From positions 10,242 to 74,241 of the forward strand of contig JAYTWK010000055.1 in assembly GCA_043743715.1 (NCBI GenBank): a stretch of 64,000 nt of DNA. The letters run 5' to 3'. The position numbers and the translations under genes were made by a program. Shown here one piece after another: positions 37,108 to 46,911 of this stretch. Below the pieces are notes generated by a model, which saw only the letters and a list, made by a program, of their open reading frames with translations, made no database searches and had not been told where the DNA came from. The number at the start of each line of letters is the position of its first letter. Position 1 is the stretch's first letter. Origin of the DNA: a bacterium. Its GTDB lineage: Bacteria; Patescibacteriota; Minisyncoccia; Phycocordibacterales; UBA6899.

Positions 37108-38976
37108 TTAATAACGCTTCCCCCACTCAAGTAGCGTCAGAAGATTCCAGAGTTTTTTACGGTGGTCACGTGCTCCCGACTGGTGTTCGTCCCATAAGTC
37201 GCGAACATAGATCGACGAGAATAATTCATTGCGCATCGGGTTCTCATCCAGCAGAAGTGACTCGGCCCACTGCTTGAGGGGCCCTCGCAGCCAGGCGCCC
37301 ACCGGAATACCGAAGCCTTTCTTTTTGCGATGTATGATATGGTTCGGAAGTTTACCTTCCATCAGCTTTTTGAGGAGGTACTTTCCGGTCATGCCATGCA
37401 ATTTCATTGCGTACGGGAGACGATTCACAAATTCAACCAGTTCATAGTCAAGAAACGGCGCGCGAGCCTCGAGACTGGCGAACATGCTCGCACGGTCCAC
37501 CTTCACCATCACCTGATCCATCATGTAGCTGCGCTGGTAGGCATACAGGAGCCTATTGTGGTCATCATGCGACTCGGACTCCTTGAAATAGCGTTTCGCT
37601 TCGCTGTATGGATCATTTTCTTTCAAATGCTCATGGATCGCCTTCGTGTACAATTGTGAACGGTCACTCGTGTTAAATGTCCCAAGCCAGCGCATGTGGC
37701 GGCCGACAATATCTTTCTCTCCAATTCCGTCGAGGTATTTTTCAAGTTTAAACTTCAGATTAAAGTTGGAGTATGAGGTTGGAAGCTTCTCGTGCAACTT
37801 ACGAGGAAGGCCTTCGCGGATAGCATGCGGAACATGCTGCAACATGGAGTACAAACGCTCGGCTTGAAATGTCGGATATCCTGCCAAAAGTTCGTCTCCA
37901 CCGTCGCCACCGAGTGCCACTGTGACGTGTTCTTTCGTATAGCGTGAGAGGAGGTAAGTAGGGATGATAGAGGCGTCCGCCATCGGTTCATCAAGAAGGA
38001 AGAACACCTGAGGGAGAGCGGCGAGCGAATCCTCACCGCTCAATATCTTGTGATGATGAATGCTCCTGATATGCGCGGCAACCTCTTTCGCATACATAGA
38101 TTCGTCGAAACTTTTTTCTTCAAAACCAATCGAGAATGTATGGATGGGTTCGTCTTTGAGTCTTGTCGCATAATACGCGACACTCGAGCTGTCGAGTCCG
38201 CCGGAGAGAAATATTCCGAGCGGGACATCGGATATCAAGCGACCTTCGATAGCAGAGACGAATTTTTCTTCAAAAGTGTGCGTCGCCTCTTCGAGCGAGA
38301 GGTCGAGGGAATCCCAAGCAGGATTCCAGAATTTTTTTATTTCAATCTTACCGTCGTGAAATGTGAGGTATGCCCCCGGCTCAAGCTTCTTGATCCCCTT
38401 GTAGATACTCATCGGTGTTGGGACATAGTCGAGTGCAAGATACGCATCGAGCGCGGTGTAATCGAGCGAGCGGGTTACCGACGGATGACAGAGCAACGTT
38501 TTGGGTTCCGAACCAAAGACAAGTGTGTCACCAAAGTGCCCGTAGTAGAGCGGCTTCTTCCCCATCCTATCGCGTGCAAGTAGCAGTTTTTTTGCCTTCT
38601 TGTCATACAGTGCAATACCAAACATGCCGGAGAGTTTTTCAAAACACGCCTCACCGTACTGCTCATACAGCGCAATGATAACTTCGGTGTCCGAGGTGCT
38701 CCGGAATTTGTATCCGTTTGATACGAGCTGCTTCTTGAGTTCACGATAATTGTATATCTCGCCATTGAACACGATACCGACTGAATTGCTTGCATTCCAC
38801 ATCGGCTGATGCCCTGAAGGTGTGAGGTCGAGGATAGCGAGTCTCCTGAATCCGAGACCGATTCCGCGTTCGAAGTATTTTCCCTCATCGTCGGGGCCGC
38901 GATAGCGGACGGTATCGACCATGAGCTCAAGGTCTGCAACCGTTCCCTTCCCGCTGAATCCTGCGATGCCACACAT
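37108..38976 (-). CDS. Asparagine synthetase B-family glutamine amidotransferase (WbpS/PseA-like sugar amidotransferase candidate).
   Basis: 622 aa. N-terminal MCGIAGF (Ntn Cys2) and the PP-loop SGGLDSS. Confidence 0.85.
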   Translation of the reverse strand: MCGIAGFSGKGTVADLELMVDTVRYRGPDDEGKYFERGIGLGFRRLAILDLTPSGHQPMWNASNSVGIVFNGEIYNYRELKKQLVSNGYKFRSTSDTEVIIALYEQYGEACFEKLSGMFGIALYDKKAKKLLLARDRMGKKPLYYGHFGDTLVFGSEPKTLLCHPSVTRSLDYTALDAYLALDYVPTPMSIYKGIKKLEPGAYLTFHDGKIEIKKFWNPAWDSLDLSLEEATHTFEEKFVSAIEGRLISDVPLGIFLSGGLDSSSVAYYATRLKDEPIHTFSIGFEEKSFDESMYAKEVAAHIRSIHHHKILSGEDSLAALPQVFFLLDEPMADASIIPTYLLSRYTKEHVTVALGGDGGDELLAGYPTFQAERLYSMLQHVPHAIREGLPRKLHEKLPTSYSNFNLKFKLEKYLDGIGEKDIVGRHMRWLGTFNTSDRSQLYTKAIHEHLKENDPYSEAKRYFKESESHDDHNRLLYAYQRSYMMDQVMVKVDRASMFASLEARAPFLDYELVEFVNRLPYAMKLHGMTGKYLLKKLMEGKLPNHIIHRKKKGFGIPVGAWLRGPLKQWAESLLLDENPMRNELFSSIYVRDLWDEHQSGARDHRKKLWNLLTLLEWGKRY

Positions 38977-38981
38977 ACTGG

Positions 38982-39950
38982 TTACAGCAAAGGCTGCTCA
39001 AGATTTATGGTCTTTTTGATAGCGTAGGGACGTTTACCTTGCGATTCGTAGTAAGTGCGCATCATCATCTCGGCGATGATACCCATGAGGAAGAACTGTG
39101 TACCGATGATGAGGAGTACTCCTGAAAGTGTCGGCAGTGGGGTCTGAATCAGATCTATCTTGAGTGCGAAGCGCAAAACGATTGCAGCGACAAGTATGAC
39201 AAAGGAGAAGAAGAACGACCAGAAGCCGGCATACGCAAAGAAATGCATTGGGCGGTTCATGAATTTCTCAAGGAATTTGAGAAGCAGGAGATCCGGCAAG
39301 ACACGCAGGACCCGGGAAAATCCATAATTACTCTTGCCATGGATACGCGGAGTGAACCTCACCTCGACTTCACCAATGCGCGCTCCGTGACGCTTTGCGT
39401 ATGCGGGAATAAAGCGGTGCATCTCACCGTAGAGGGTGATGTTCTTAATAATGTCTCTACGGTAACCCTTCAAGGTACAGCCAAAGTCATTGAGCTTCAC
39501 GCCGGTCACTTTTGAGATGAGTGAATTCGCGGCGAGTGACGGTATCTTTCGAGTGACGAATTCCCCTTTCCATCTATTCTTCCTCCAGCCGGACACAACG
39601 TCGTACCCCTCGTCCATCATGTCGACGATAGTTTTGATATCCTCGGGATCATTCTCTAAATCACTGTCGATAAGAATAACGATGTCACCAGAAGACACTT
39701 CGATGCCGGCGGCGATTGCGGCGGTCTGTCCGAAGTTATGTCTGAAATGGATGACTTTTATCCTGGAATCTTTTTGTGCTATTTCGGTAAGCGCGGCGAA
39801 GCTACTGTCCTTCGAACCGTCGTCAATACAAATAACCTCGTATGGGTTACCCATGCGCGTCAGCACGAGAGTCAAACGCTCATATAACAAAGGGATATTC
39901 AGGGCTTCGTTGTAGATAGGAACTACAATGGAGAGCGATTCATTAGTCAT
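38982..39950 (-). CDS. GT2 polyprenyl-phosphate sugar synthase (GtrB/ArnC/DPM1-like, with C-terminal TM helices).
   Basis: 322 aa. LSIVVPIYNEALNI, EVICIDDGSKDSS, DSDLENDPE (DxD). Two C-terminal hydrophobic helices. Confidence 0.8.
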   Translation of the reverse strand: MTNESLSIVVPIYNEALNIPLLYERLTLVLTRMGNPYEVICIDDGSKDSSFAALTEIAQKDSRIKVIHFRHNFGQTAAIAAGIEVSSGDIVILIDSDLENDPEDIKTIVDMMDEGYDVVSGWRKNRWKGEFVTRKIPSLAANSLISKVTGVKLNDFGCTLKGYRRDIIKNITLYGEMHRFIPAYAKRHGARIGEVEVRFTPRIHGKSNYGFSRVLRVLPDLLLLKFLEKFMNRPMHFFAYAGFWSFFFSFVILVAAIVLRFALKIDLIQTPLPTLSGVLLIIGTQFFLMGIIAEMMMRTYYESQGKRPYAIKKTINLEQPLL

Positions 39951-39991
39951 GAAGCAATCATAACAACCGACCCCAGAACAGGCAATGTTGC

Positions 39992-41779
39992 CTACTCTGG
40001 CAGTACCTTGTAGATGACGAAACGGCTATCTTCGTAGACTTTCGTAATGCTCGACAATTTTTCCGGATGAAATGCGGTGTCGAGTTCTTTGTCTTTCATA
40101 ATGTATGAGACATGGTATTTGACCACCATGCCCGGAAGGTTCTTCATGATTGTATCTTGATATGCTCGGTACATATCTACTGCCATGGGGGTATTCATGG
40201 TTACCGAATTTGTCAGTTCACCGCACACATAACCGAGCATGGAGAGATGGAAAATGCGACAAAGCTTCACTCCTCGATTATGGGTATTGGCGAGATGGTG
40301 CGCTTTTGAAACTCCGGCGAAGTTGCCCGAATCTTTTGCAATGCTCGAAACGGTTATCTGTGGCTCACTCAGTGTGTTCGCAAGGAGATATCGTTCTTTG
40401 AGTTCATCGTTGGACGCCAGCTGAAGGACACCAACACCACTGAAAAGGACATAGTGCTTTGTGTATATTGGAAGCGTACCACTAAGTGTCGAGTGGGGAT
40501 CTACCCATATTACTTGGGGTTCGCTTTCGGCAGCATCAAGCCACTTGTATGCCGGGATATACTCCTGAGCGCGGGTCATCGCCGCAATACGTTCTGCCGG
40601 ATGAAGGAATGTGCCAAGATCACCTGCATACGAAGCATTCCCCATAAGCACGATAAAAGAAAGTATGGCGAGCGTCGCCTTCTGCCTGAAGTGGAGGCGC
40701 AAAATCTGCGGTCTTGCTTTCATCAATTGATACACGAGCACGATGGTGCCGACGATAAGCCAGAGAATAATAAATCTACCGACATGCTGCGCAATCTCGA
40801 GTTCTTTGCCTGTAATGAGATTACTCAGCGACACGATGCTCATCGAGATACCGAGTGACACATAGAGTAGTACGAAGCGTCGATATATTGCATCATTACG
40901 CAGCACAGAAACCCAGTGCGAAGAAAAGAAGAGGCAGAGGCATAGCGCAATCACCCACAGTGCTGTTTGAAACGCGAGTGCGGTCGGAAGATGAGTATAT
41001 ACGAGTCCAGTTCGCTCCATAGTTTGCCAGTAGAACGGATGGTGTATCTGCTTGAGAGTAAATGAGATGAATGGTATGAGAAAAATCCCCGTCAGTGCCG
41101 AAGCTTTCGCGAGTGAAATAAAACGCATCCGTTCTTTTTTAAAGAGTGTAATGCAAAAAAGCAGCACCATCACTACACCGACTATCTGCCATAGGTATCC
41201 GTAGTCATAAAATGTTGCTGCGGCGGTCGCGGCAAGAAAAAGCACGCTGCTTTTCTTTGCCGGAGCTTTATCCCAAATAAATAGTGCGAGCACAAACAAT
41301 AAGTAGAACGGGAAAACTATCTGCATCGACACAGGCCTAAGAATGAGGAGATACACCTGCGTGAATGTAATGAGCGCACCGATTGTACTCCATCGCTTTG
41401 AGAGACCGAACATGGTGAGGCTGACATAGACCAAGAGTCCGAACACCAGTGACCAAAATGAGAAATCAATACTCATAGTGGCAAACAAAGGTAGTCCCAC
41501 GAGCATGGGAAGCGCGTACATCCAATCCGGAAAGACGAATGCAGGCGCAATATCTGCGCGATGTTCAATAAAATAGGGATTGCCGAGCCACGGATAACCG
41601 TCGACTACCTCCTTCATGCGTACATAATAATAATTATCGTCGATGTATGACGGTGGCACTCCTTGAAACTTGTCCCCAAGATAGTGCACTACCTCATACA
41701 CAGGAAGAAGCGACAAAAGAACTATTGCCGCCGCAAGCAGGGTGAGATACTTTTTATGTGTTTGGAAAAATTGACTCAT
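39992..41779 (-). CDS. Large polytopic membrane protein, GT-C-fold glycosyltransferase-like. Paralog of 32198-33958.
   Basis: 595 aa. More than 10 TM helices plus a C-terminal soluble domain. The first loop has PSYIDDNYYYVRMKEVVDGYPWLGNPYF...FPDWMYALP. Confidence 0.4.
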   Translation of the reverse strand: MSQFFQTHKKYLTLLAAAIVLLSLLPVYEVVHYLGDKFQGVPPSYIDDNYYYVRMKEVVDGYPWLGNPYFIEHRADIAPAFVFPDWMYALPMLVGLPLFATMSIDFSFWSLVFGLLVYVSLTMFGLSKRWSTIGALITFTQVYLLILRPVSMQIVFPFYLLFVLALFIWDKAPAKKSSVLFLAATAAATFYDYGYLWQIVGVVMVLLFCITLFKKERMRFISLAKASALTGIFLIPFISFTLKQIHHPFYWQTMERTGLVYTHLPTALAFQTALWVIALCLCLFFSSHWVSVLRNDAIYRRFVLLYVSLGISMSIVSLSNLITGKELEIAQHVGRFIILWLIVGTIVLVYQLMKARPQILRLHFRQKATLAILSFIVLMGNASYAGDLGTFLHPAERIAAMTRAQEYIPAYKWLDAAESEPQVIWVDPHSTLSGTLPIYTKHYVLFSGVGVLQLASNDELKERYLLANTLSEPQITVSSIAKDSGNFAGVSKAHHLANTHNRGVKLCRIFHLSMLGYVCGELTNSVTMNTPMAVDMYRAYQDTIMKNLPGMVVKYHVSYIMKDKELDTAFHPEKLSSITKVYEDSRFVIYKVLPE

Positions 41780-41781
41780 GA

Positions 41782-42399
41782 CTACTTAATCAGAAACACA
41801 TCATATCCGCCGACTTGATTACTCGTGAGCTTCCCTGTCGCTTTATCAATCAGATATGCAAGGTCGCACATGAGCGCGCTACGACCCAAGGGCGAGACAC
41901 GTATCCATGCTTCGGTCGCGGCGCGCACTGATTGCATTTCCATCGTTGCAAAAGGCTTCGAGAGATATTCGAGGATATCTTTGGTGAAACGCCAGTAGTC
42001 TTTATAGTAGCCGCGCTCGGCATGATAGTAGTAGAGGAATGGCACATAGATGAAGCAGTAACCGCCAGGTTTCAAAACGCGATACATTTCTTTGAATGCT
42101 TTCGTTGGGTCTTCCACATGCTCAAGGACTGAGATACAGATGATTGCGTCGACTGAATTATCGGGAAACGGCAGGTTGTGAATATCGCCCACCAAGTCGG
42201 GATGGTAATCAGGGACCGGGTCCATTACTTTATAGTCGACCTTATCGGCGAGCGGAATGAGCCATGCGCGCTTCGGGTCATAGCGATTATTCTTCTCCTT
42301 CGCGATGCGAAGCCCGCCGCCGATGTCGATAACGGTTTTACTGTCTTCGAAGATTTGTTTCATCTTCTGTTTAAAAAAAGTATCCCAGGGCTTTTGCAT
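41782..42399 (-). CDS. Class I SAM-dependent methyltransferase.
   Basis: 205 aa. VIDIGGGLR, ICISVLEHVEDP, VLKPGGYCFIYVP. Confidence 0.65.
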   Translation of the reverse strand: MQKPWDTFFKQKMKQIFEDSKTVIDIGGGLRIAKEKNNRYDPKRAWLIPLADKVDYKVMDPVPDYHPDLVGDIHNLPFPDNSVDAIICISVLEHVEDPTKAFKEMYRVLKPGGYCFIYVPFLYYYHAERGYYKDYWRFTKDILEYLSKPFATMEMQSVRAATEAWIRVSPLGRSALMCDLAYLIDKATGKLTSNQVGGYDVFLIK

Positions 42400-42435
42400 T
42401 TGTACTCACCATTAGAGCGACTTTCGGTCAAAACA

Positions 42436-43590
42436 TCAAGTTCCTCTCGGAAACACATCCCTGAGGATTGACTGTGCGCGTTTTTCCCAAGAATATCCCT
42501 CTACCCTCTTCTTTGCGTTTGCACTGTGAAATTGTGCCCGCTCCGGAGACATGAGTATCCCCTCGATCCCCTTCGCAAGTGCGAGCGGATTGTCAGCTTC
42601 GACAAGTGTTGCAGTGTCTTCATCGAGAATTTCTCTCAAGCTCGGGAGGTCGGACGCAACGATGGGAATCCCCGCGGCCATGTATGCAAAGAGTTTCAGC
42701 GGTGATGTGAAACTAATCGAAATCTCATTCTTGCCATTACTCGGGAGTATCAGCACGTCTGCGGCGCGCAGATTGCGCGCGAGTTCTCTGTATGGACGGT
42801 AACCAAGGAACAGGACTTTGGGATGCTTCACCTTCAGTGCTTCGAGCTCATAATCTTCACCGCCAATAACCACGGGAGTGATTCCTTCGGGAAGAAAGCG
42901 CGATGAAGAAAAAAGCGTATCGACACCTTTCCAGCCGTCGAGCCTACCAACATACAGCGCGACTTGCCTGTCCTTTGGAATACCAAGATACTCACGCGCT
43001 TCATGCTTTGAAATGGGCACCGCAAAATGAGCAAGGTCGACACCGTCATGGGCAACTAATATCTTTTCTCTTGCGACACCATGCTTCTGATAAAAGTCTT
43101 TGAGTCCTTGTGAGATTGCGATAATTTGCGTGGATCGAACCGCCATCTTCCTGGCAAAATAATTCCATGCGCCGGTATGGGTCTCCCATACGACTCTGCG
43201 TATAGGGAGGAATGAGAGTGGGTAAAGGATGCTTTCGTCCCGTCCAAAAATTGCATCAGCGTACTTTCCTCTCACGTGGAAGTATGCGGAAACAGCGAAT
43301 GAGATCGTCTCAAGCAGAAATCCCAGCTTTCCCCATTTGACTGAATCGATGACCCAGAGCTTAGTGATGATAAAATTTTCCTTTACTCCGTAATATGTGA
43401 ACGCATCACTTCCAATGTGTGTGTGTCGATTTGGAACAACGAGCTCGACTACTGCGCCGGCACGTGCGAATGCTTCGCACATCTTCATGATCTGTACTCC
43501 ATGCGCCTTCTCAGTCGGCAATCGAACATTCGCGACATACATAATCTTCTTCATATGTTTATTTCTTGATAGCGGAAACCATATATCCAA
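42436..43590 (-). CDS. GT4-family (GT-B) glycosyltransferase.
   Basis: 384 aa. N-terminal EKAHGVQIMKMCEAFARAG and a C-terminal EX7E-like region LPSNGKNEISISFTSPLKLFAYMAAGIPIVASD. Confidence 0.75.
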   Translation of the reverse strand: MDIWFPLSRNKHMKKIMYVANVRLPTEKAHGVQIMKMCEAFARAGAVVELVVPNRHTHIGSDAFTYYGVKENFIITKLWVIDSVKWGKLGFLLETISFAVSAYFHVRGKYADAIFGRDESILYPLSFLPIRRVVWETHTGAWNYFARKMAVRSTQIIAISQGLKDFYQKHGVAREKILVAHDGVDLAHFAVPISKHEAREYLGIPKDRQVALYVGRLDGWKGVDTLFSSSRFLPEGITPVVIGGEDYELEALKVKHPKVLFLGYRPYRELARNLRAADVLILPSNGKNEISISFTSPLKLFAYMAAGIPIVASDLPSLREILDEDTATLVEADNPLALAKGIEGILMSPERAQFHSANAKKRVEGYSWEKRAQSILRDVFPRGT

Positions 43591-44221
43591 TAGGTGAAGG
43601 ATGTGCTTTCACTAACGTAGTCGGCAAGAGTCTATCAATCAGGAGTCCGAGTGTGAAGAACGGCAGCCGGATAATATTGAAAAGGAATACCGGATGCAGC
43701 AAATACATCGCCGCGCTTCCCCTTTCTCCATATGGAGTAATTGAGATATCACTCCACTCCGTCATGATAAGTTCTTTCATAAGCCCTTCACTGGTGAGAC
43801 GTACATAATCGTGGGGTTCACGCATTTCATTGGTGATAAACGGTGACGAGAAAATAAATTTACCTCCTTGTTTCAGTACCCGTTTCGCTTCAGTAAAGAA
43901 TGCCACTCTGTCTTCGAGTATGTAGAGTGCATTCATGCACAAGAGTGCCTGTTCACTTGCATCAGGAAACGGCAGTGGCTTGTTGAGGTCAACTACCACA
44001 TCGACGCCCGGACGCATGACATAGTCGGTGACTACGAGCGTCACTCCTTTGGGAAGATACTTCCTATAACTATGTCCACCTCCCGCAAGGTCGATCACCC
44101 GGCCGGAAAGTGAGCGCGTACTTTCTCTTAGCGCTCTGTTAAACAGAATACGGCCGAGCGACTTTCCTGCAAACACTTGTGAAATAAAATTCTTCATGCG
44201 CGTTTGAGTTTTTGATACCAA
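43559..44221 (-). CDS. Class I SAM-dependent methyltransferase.
   Basis: 220 aa. VIDLAGGGHSYRKYL, VLKQGGKFIFSSP. Confidence 0.55.
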   Translation of the reverse strand: MVSKTQTRMKNFISQVFAGKSLGRILFNRALRESTRSLSGRVIDLAGGGHSYRKYLPKGVTLVVTDYVMRPGVDVVVDLNKPLPFPDASEQALLCMNALYILEDRVAFFTEAKRVLKQGGKFIFSSPFITNEMREPHDYVRLTSEGLMKELIMTEWSDISITPYGERGSAAMYLLHPVFLFNIIRLPFFTLGLLIDRLLPTTLVKAHPSPIGYMVSAIKK

Positions 44222-44958
44222 TCAACTGAACGGGAAATCTTGCCGAGGAATTGCGTGAGAGTGGTAAGTTTATCTATTGAGTTGCGTCGCAAGCGCAGGA
44301 GGTCGGCACCACTTGAGACACTGCCTTCTCTCACGGTGACTGCGGCCTTGAATCCTATTTCGCTCACGATTTCTACTGTCTCATCAGTATGATTGCCGTA
44401 TGGATAAGCGAACAGGTCACAGGATTTATTCAAGAGTGTTTCAAGGTACTCTTTTGATTCAACAATCTCTTTTTTTGCAAGCGCCCTATCAAGCTTCGCG
44501 AGTTTCGGATGTGATACCGAATGCGGCTCAAAATCAATCAGTCCCGATGCATGCATCACATGCATGTCGTCTGTGGTAAGCATGTCATCATTATGCTCAC
44601 CACACTTGCCGATAAGTCCGGTGGTGATAAAGATTGTCGCAGGAAATTCGTATTCCTGAAGTATCGGGAACGCATCGATAAAATTATCTCGATACCCGTC
44701 ATCAAAGGTGATGACTACTTCGCCACCGCGTAGCGTGTGCTCCTGCATACGCGAAAGCAATTCGGCGAAAGTAATAACCTCCCTATGCTCTTTATTCAGA
44801 AATTCCATTTGTGCGCGAAATTTGTCGGGACTGACAACAAAAAAATGTTCACTGTTTTTTTTGACCGAGTGGTACATAAGGATGCTGGCCTTCCCATCCA
44901 GCTCTTGCGGAAAAAGTGCTGCACACCGAAAAAAAATATTTTTGAGTGTCTGTTTCAT
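44194..44958 (-). CDS. Polysaccharide deacetylase (NodB/CE4 family).
   Basis: 254 aa. VVITFDDGYRDNF (TFDDG motif), ATIFITTG, FEPHSVSHP. Confidence 0.8.
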   Translation of the reverse strand: MKQTLKNIFFRCAALFPQELDGKASILMYHSVKKNSEHFFVVSPDKFRAQMEFLNKEHREVITFAELLSRMQEHTLRGGEVVITFDDGYRDNFIDAFPILQEYEFPATIFITTGLIGKCGEHNDDMLTTDDMHVMHASGLIDFEPHSVSHPKLAKLDRALAKKEIVESKEYLETLLNKSCDLFAYPYGNHTDETVEIVSEIGFKAAVTVREGSVSSGADLLRLRRNSIDKLTTLTQFLGKISRSVDWYQKLKRA

Positions 44959-45581
44959 GATCGTTTCGAGAGTACGAAGAAATGATGGTACTGATTCTCA
45001 TGTGGAACGAATTCCTTCTCGAGAGTGAAATGCTTTGCGAGCACCTTACGAATGACGTTTAGTTCATAGCCCTTTTTCCCTATCTCAAAGTAGTGTTCAC
45101 CGCCAAATACATGGGTTGGGTGATATGGCAGTTTCCAGGCGAGTTTGAGTTCTTTGATGAACGGCAGTTTCAGGGAGAATCGTATCGACGGTCCGAAATG
45201 CGGGAGACTGATGATGACATGCTCCTTCCCGACACGTGAAAGTTCGAGAAGTGCGCTTTCAAATCGCTCAAACGGCAAATGTTCGAGGACTTCAAATGCA
45301 ACGACCATATCGACATCATTATCCGGAAGCGGGATATGCTCAACCTCACCGACGATATCCGGATGGAGGTCTGCCGCAATATCGAGCGAGCGATACGAAG
45401 TCTTCGTATTCTCCCGCAAATAATGCCCTATGACACCGTCTCCCTTCCCTACCTCGAGCACACTATGAGGCGTGAGTGCGAGTATCTCGCGCAGCTGATA
45501 ATGATAACTCGACCAGCGGTCGAGTCCGCAGTATTTTTCGAATCTATATGCCTTTTTGTCGACTTGAACTTCCATATGCAT
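44955..45581 (-). CDS. Class I SAM-dependent methyltransferase.
   Basis: 208 aa. VLEVGKGDGVIGHYL, FEVLEHLPFE. Confidence 0.55.
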   Translation of the reverse strand: MHMEVQVDKKAYRFEKYCGLDRWSSYHYQLREILALTPHSVLEVGKGDGVIGHYLRENTKTSYRSLDIAADLHPDIVGEVEHIPLPDNDVDMVVAFEVLEHLPFERFESALLELSRVGKEHVIISLPHFGPSIRFSLKLPFIKELKLAWKLPYHPTHVFGGEHYFEIGKKGYELNVIRKVLAKHFTLEKEFVPHENQYHHFFVLSKRS

Positions 45582-45986
45582 TTATGGGTTGCGCTCTTTG
45601 AAGATCACGTGCTGATACACGAAGTATGAAAGAAATGCGATGAGTCCCTGTGAGATGATTTGCCCGAACAAATAATGCAGTCCTACGTATTCCACAAAGA
45701 TATACAGGAGTGCGGTACCGATAAGGATATTCACTCCGGCGGTACCAAGATACATCAGCATCTGTTTCTTAATCAGCGTATGAGTCTGCTCTTTGAATGT
45801 CCAGTATTTCTGAAGCAGAAAACTGACGAAGAATGCGGCGATAAATGCATAGACCGAGGCGAGCACATACCACATCTTCACATAGTCTGTGAGAATATAG
45901 AGGATACCAAGATTCACTACCGCGGCACTACCTCCGGCAATGAGGAACCTGATCATTTTTGCGAATCGCTTGATGGTATGTTTCAT
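45582..45986 (-). CDS. GtrA-family small membrane protein (polyprenyl-phosphate-sugar flippase-like).
   Basis: 134 aa. RFLIAGGSAAVVNLGILYILT...QKYWTFK. Four TM helices. Confidence 0.7.
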   Translation of the reverse strand: MKHTIKRFAKMIRFLIAGGSAAVVNLGILYILTDYVKMWYVLASVYAFIAAFFVSFLLQKYWTFKEQTHTLIKKQMLMYLGTAGVNILIGTALLYIFVEYVGLHYLFGQIISQGLIAFLSYFVYQHVIFKERNP

Positions 45987-45990
45987 GCTG

Positions 45991-46908
45991 TTATGCTCGT
46001 GAATTCCGTTCTATTGTGATTTCCCCAGTCTTCTTGGCGAGCACAAATACATTGTCGCGCAGATTTATCGGAAGCGCGAGTTTACGCAGAAGCGGTGTGT
46101 CCGATACGCGCGCCAGAGTTTCCCAGAATGCGAGTTCCTGCCAAGCCGCGAGGGTCTTGAACACATATGCCGGAGAGAATTTCTTGCCAATCTTCTTCAC
46201 CTCAAGCACCTCAAATCCGGTGTCACGCAAGAGCATGGTGAGATTGCCCGGAGCATAATAGTAGAGATGCTCGGGCGGGACAATGAGATGCCATCGCTTT
46301 CCGAGCACCCTGGCCCACAGACTGGACCTATCGACCGTGTTTATTGCGAGCATACCGCCGGTGGGGAGCATACGGTTGAGCGCGAGGAGATATGCGCGAG
46401 GATCATCCACATGCTCGAGCACATCCCACAGTGTCGCGGCGTCAACTTGCACATTCATTTCCCCGGTAATACTCCCTTCGGTCATCTCGTGTCCGCGTGA
46501 ACGAGCGACGCGCGCAGCATAAGGTGATATCTCACTGCCGTACGTCTTCCAGCCTTCGCGCTTTGCGATATCAAGAAAATATCCGGTCGCCGCACCGACG
46601 TCGAATACACGCTTGCCGGGCGCAAGTGCTTCAAGCTTCTTCAGGTACAACTCGAATACTTCGCGCATCGGCTCTTTGTCTTTATCGTAGTCAGTGTAAC
46701 CGGCGCTTCGCTTTTCTTTGTCAGTGCCATCATTTTTAAAATAATTCTCACCGTATATGCTTGCGAGATCTTTCGGGATAGGATGCACAAAGGTAAAATC
46801 GCACTGCGTACAGTCATAGAGCTTGTGTCCGTTCTTCTCGCAAAAAAATCCGGTCTCACTGGAGCCGCAGATATGGCATACCGGCAAGTCCACAGGTGTT
46901 TCTTCCAT
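45991..46908 (-). CDS. Class I SAM methyltransferase with an N-terminal zinc-ribbon domain.
   Basis: 305 aa. CHICGSS...CTQCDF (4-Cys ribbon), RVFDVGAATGYFLD, WDVLEHVDDP. Confidence 0.65.
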   Translation of the reverse strand: MEETPVDLPVCHICGSSETGFFCEKNGHKLYDCTQCDFTFVHPIPKDLASIYGENYFKNDGTDKEKRSAGYTDYDKDKEPMREVFELYLKKLEALAPGKRVFDVGAATGYFLDIAKREGWKTYGSEISPYAARVARSRGHEMTEGSITGEMNVQVDAATLWDVLEHVDDPRAYLLALNRMLPTGGMLAINTVDRSSLWARVLGKRWHLIVPPEHLYYYAPGNLTMLLRDTGFEVLEVKKIGKKFSPAYVFKTLAAWQELAFWETLARVSDTPLLRKLALPINLRDNVFVLAKKTGEITIERNSRA

Positions 46909-46911
46909 ATA

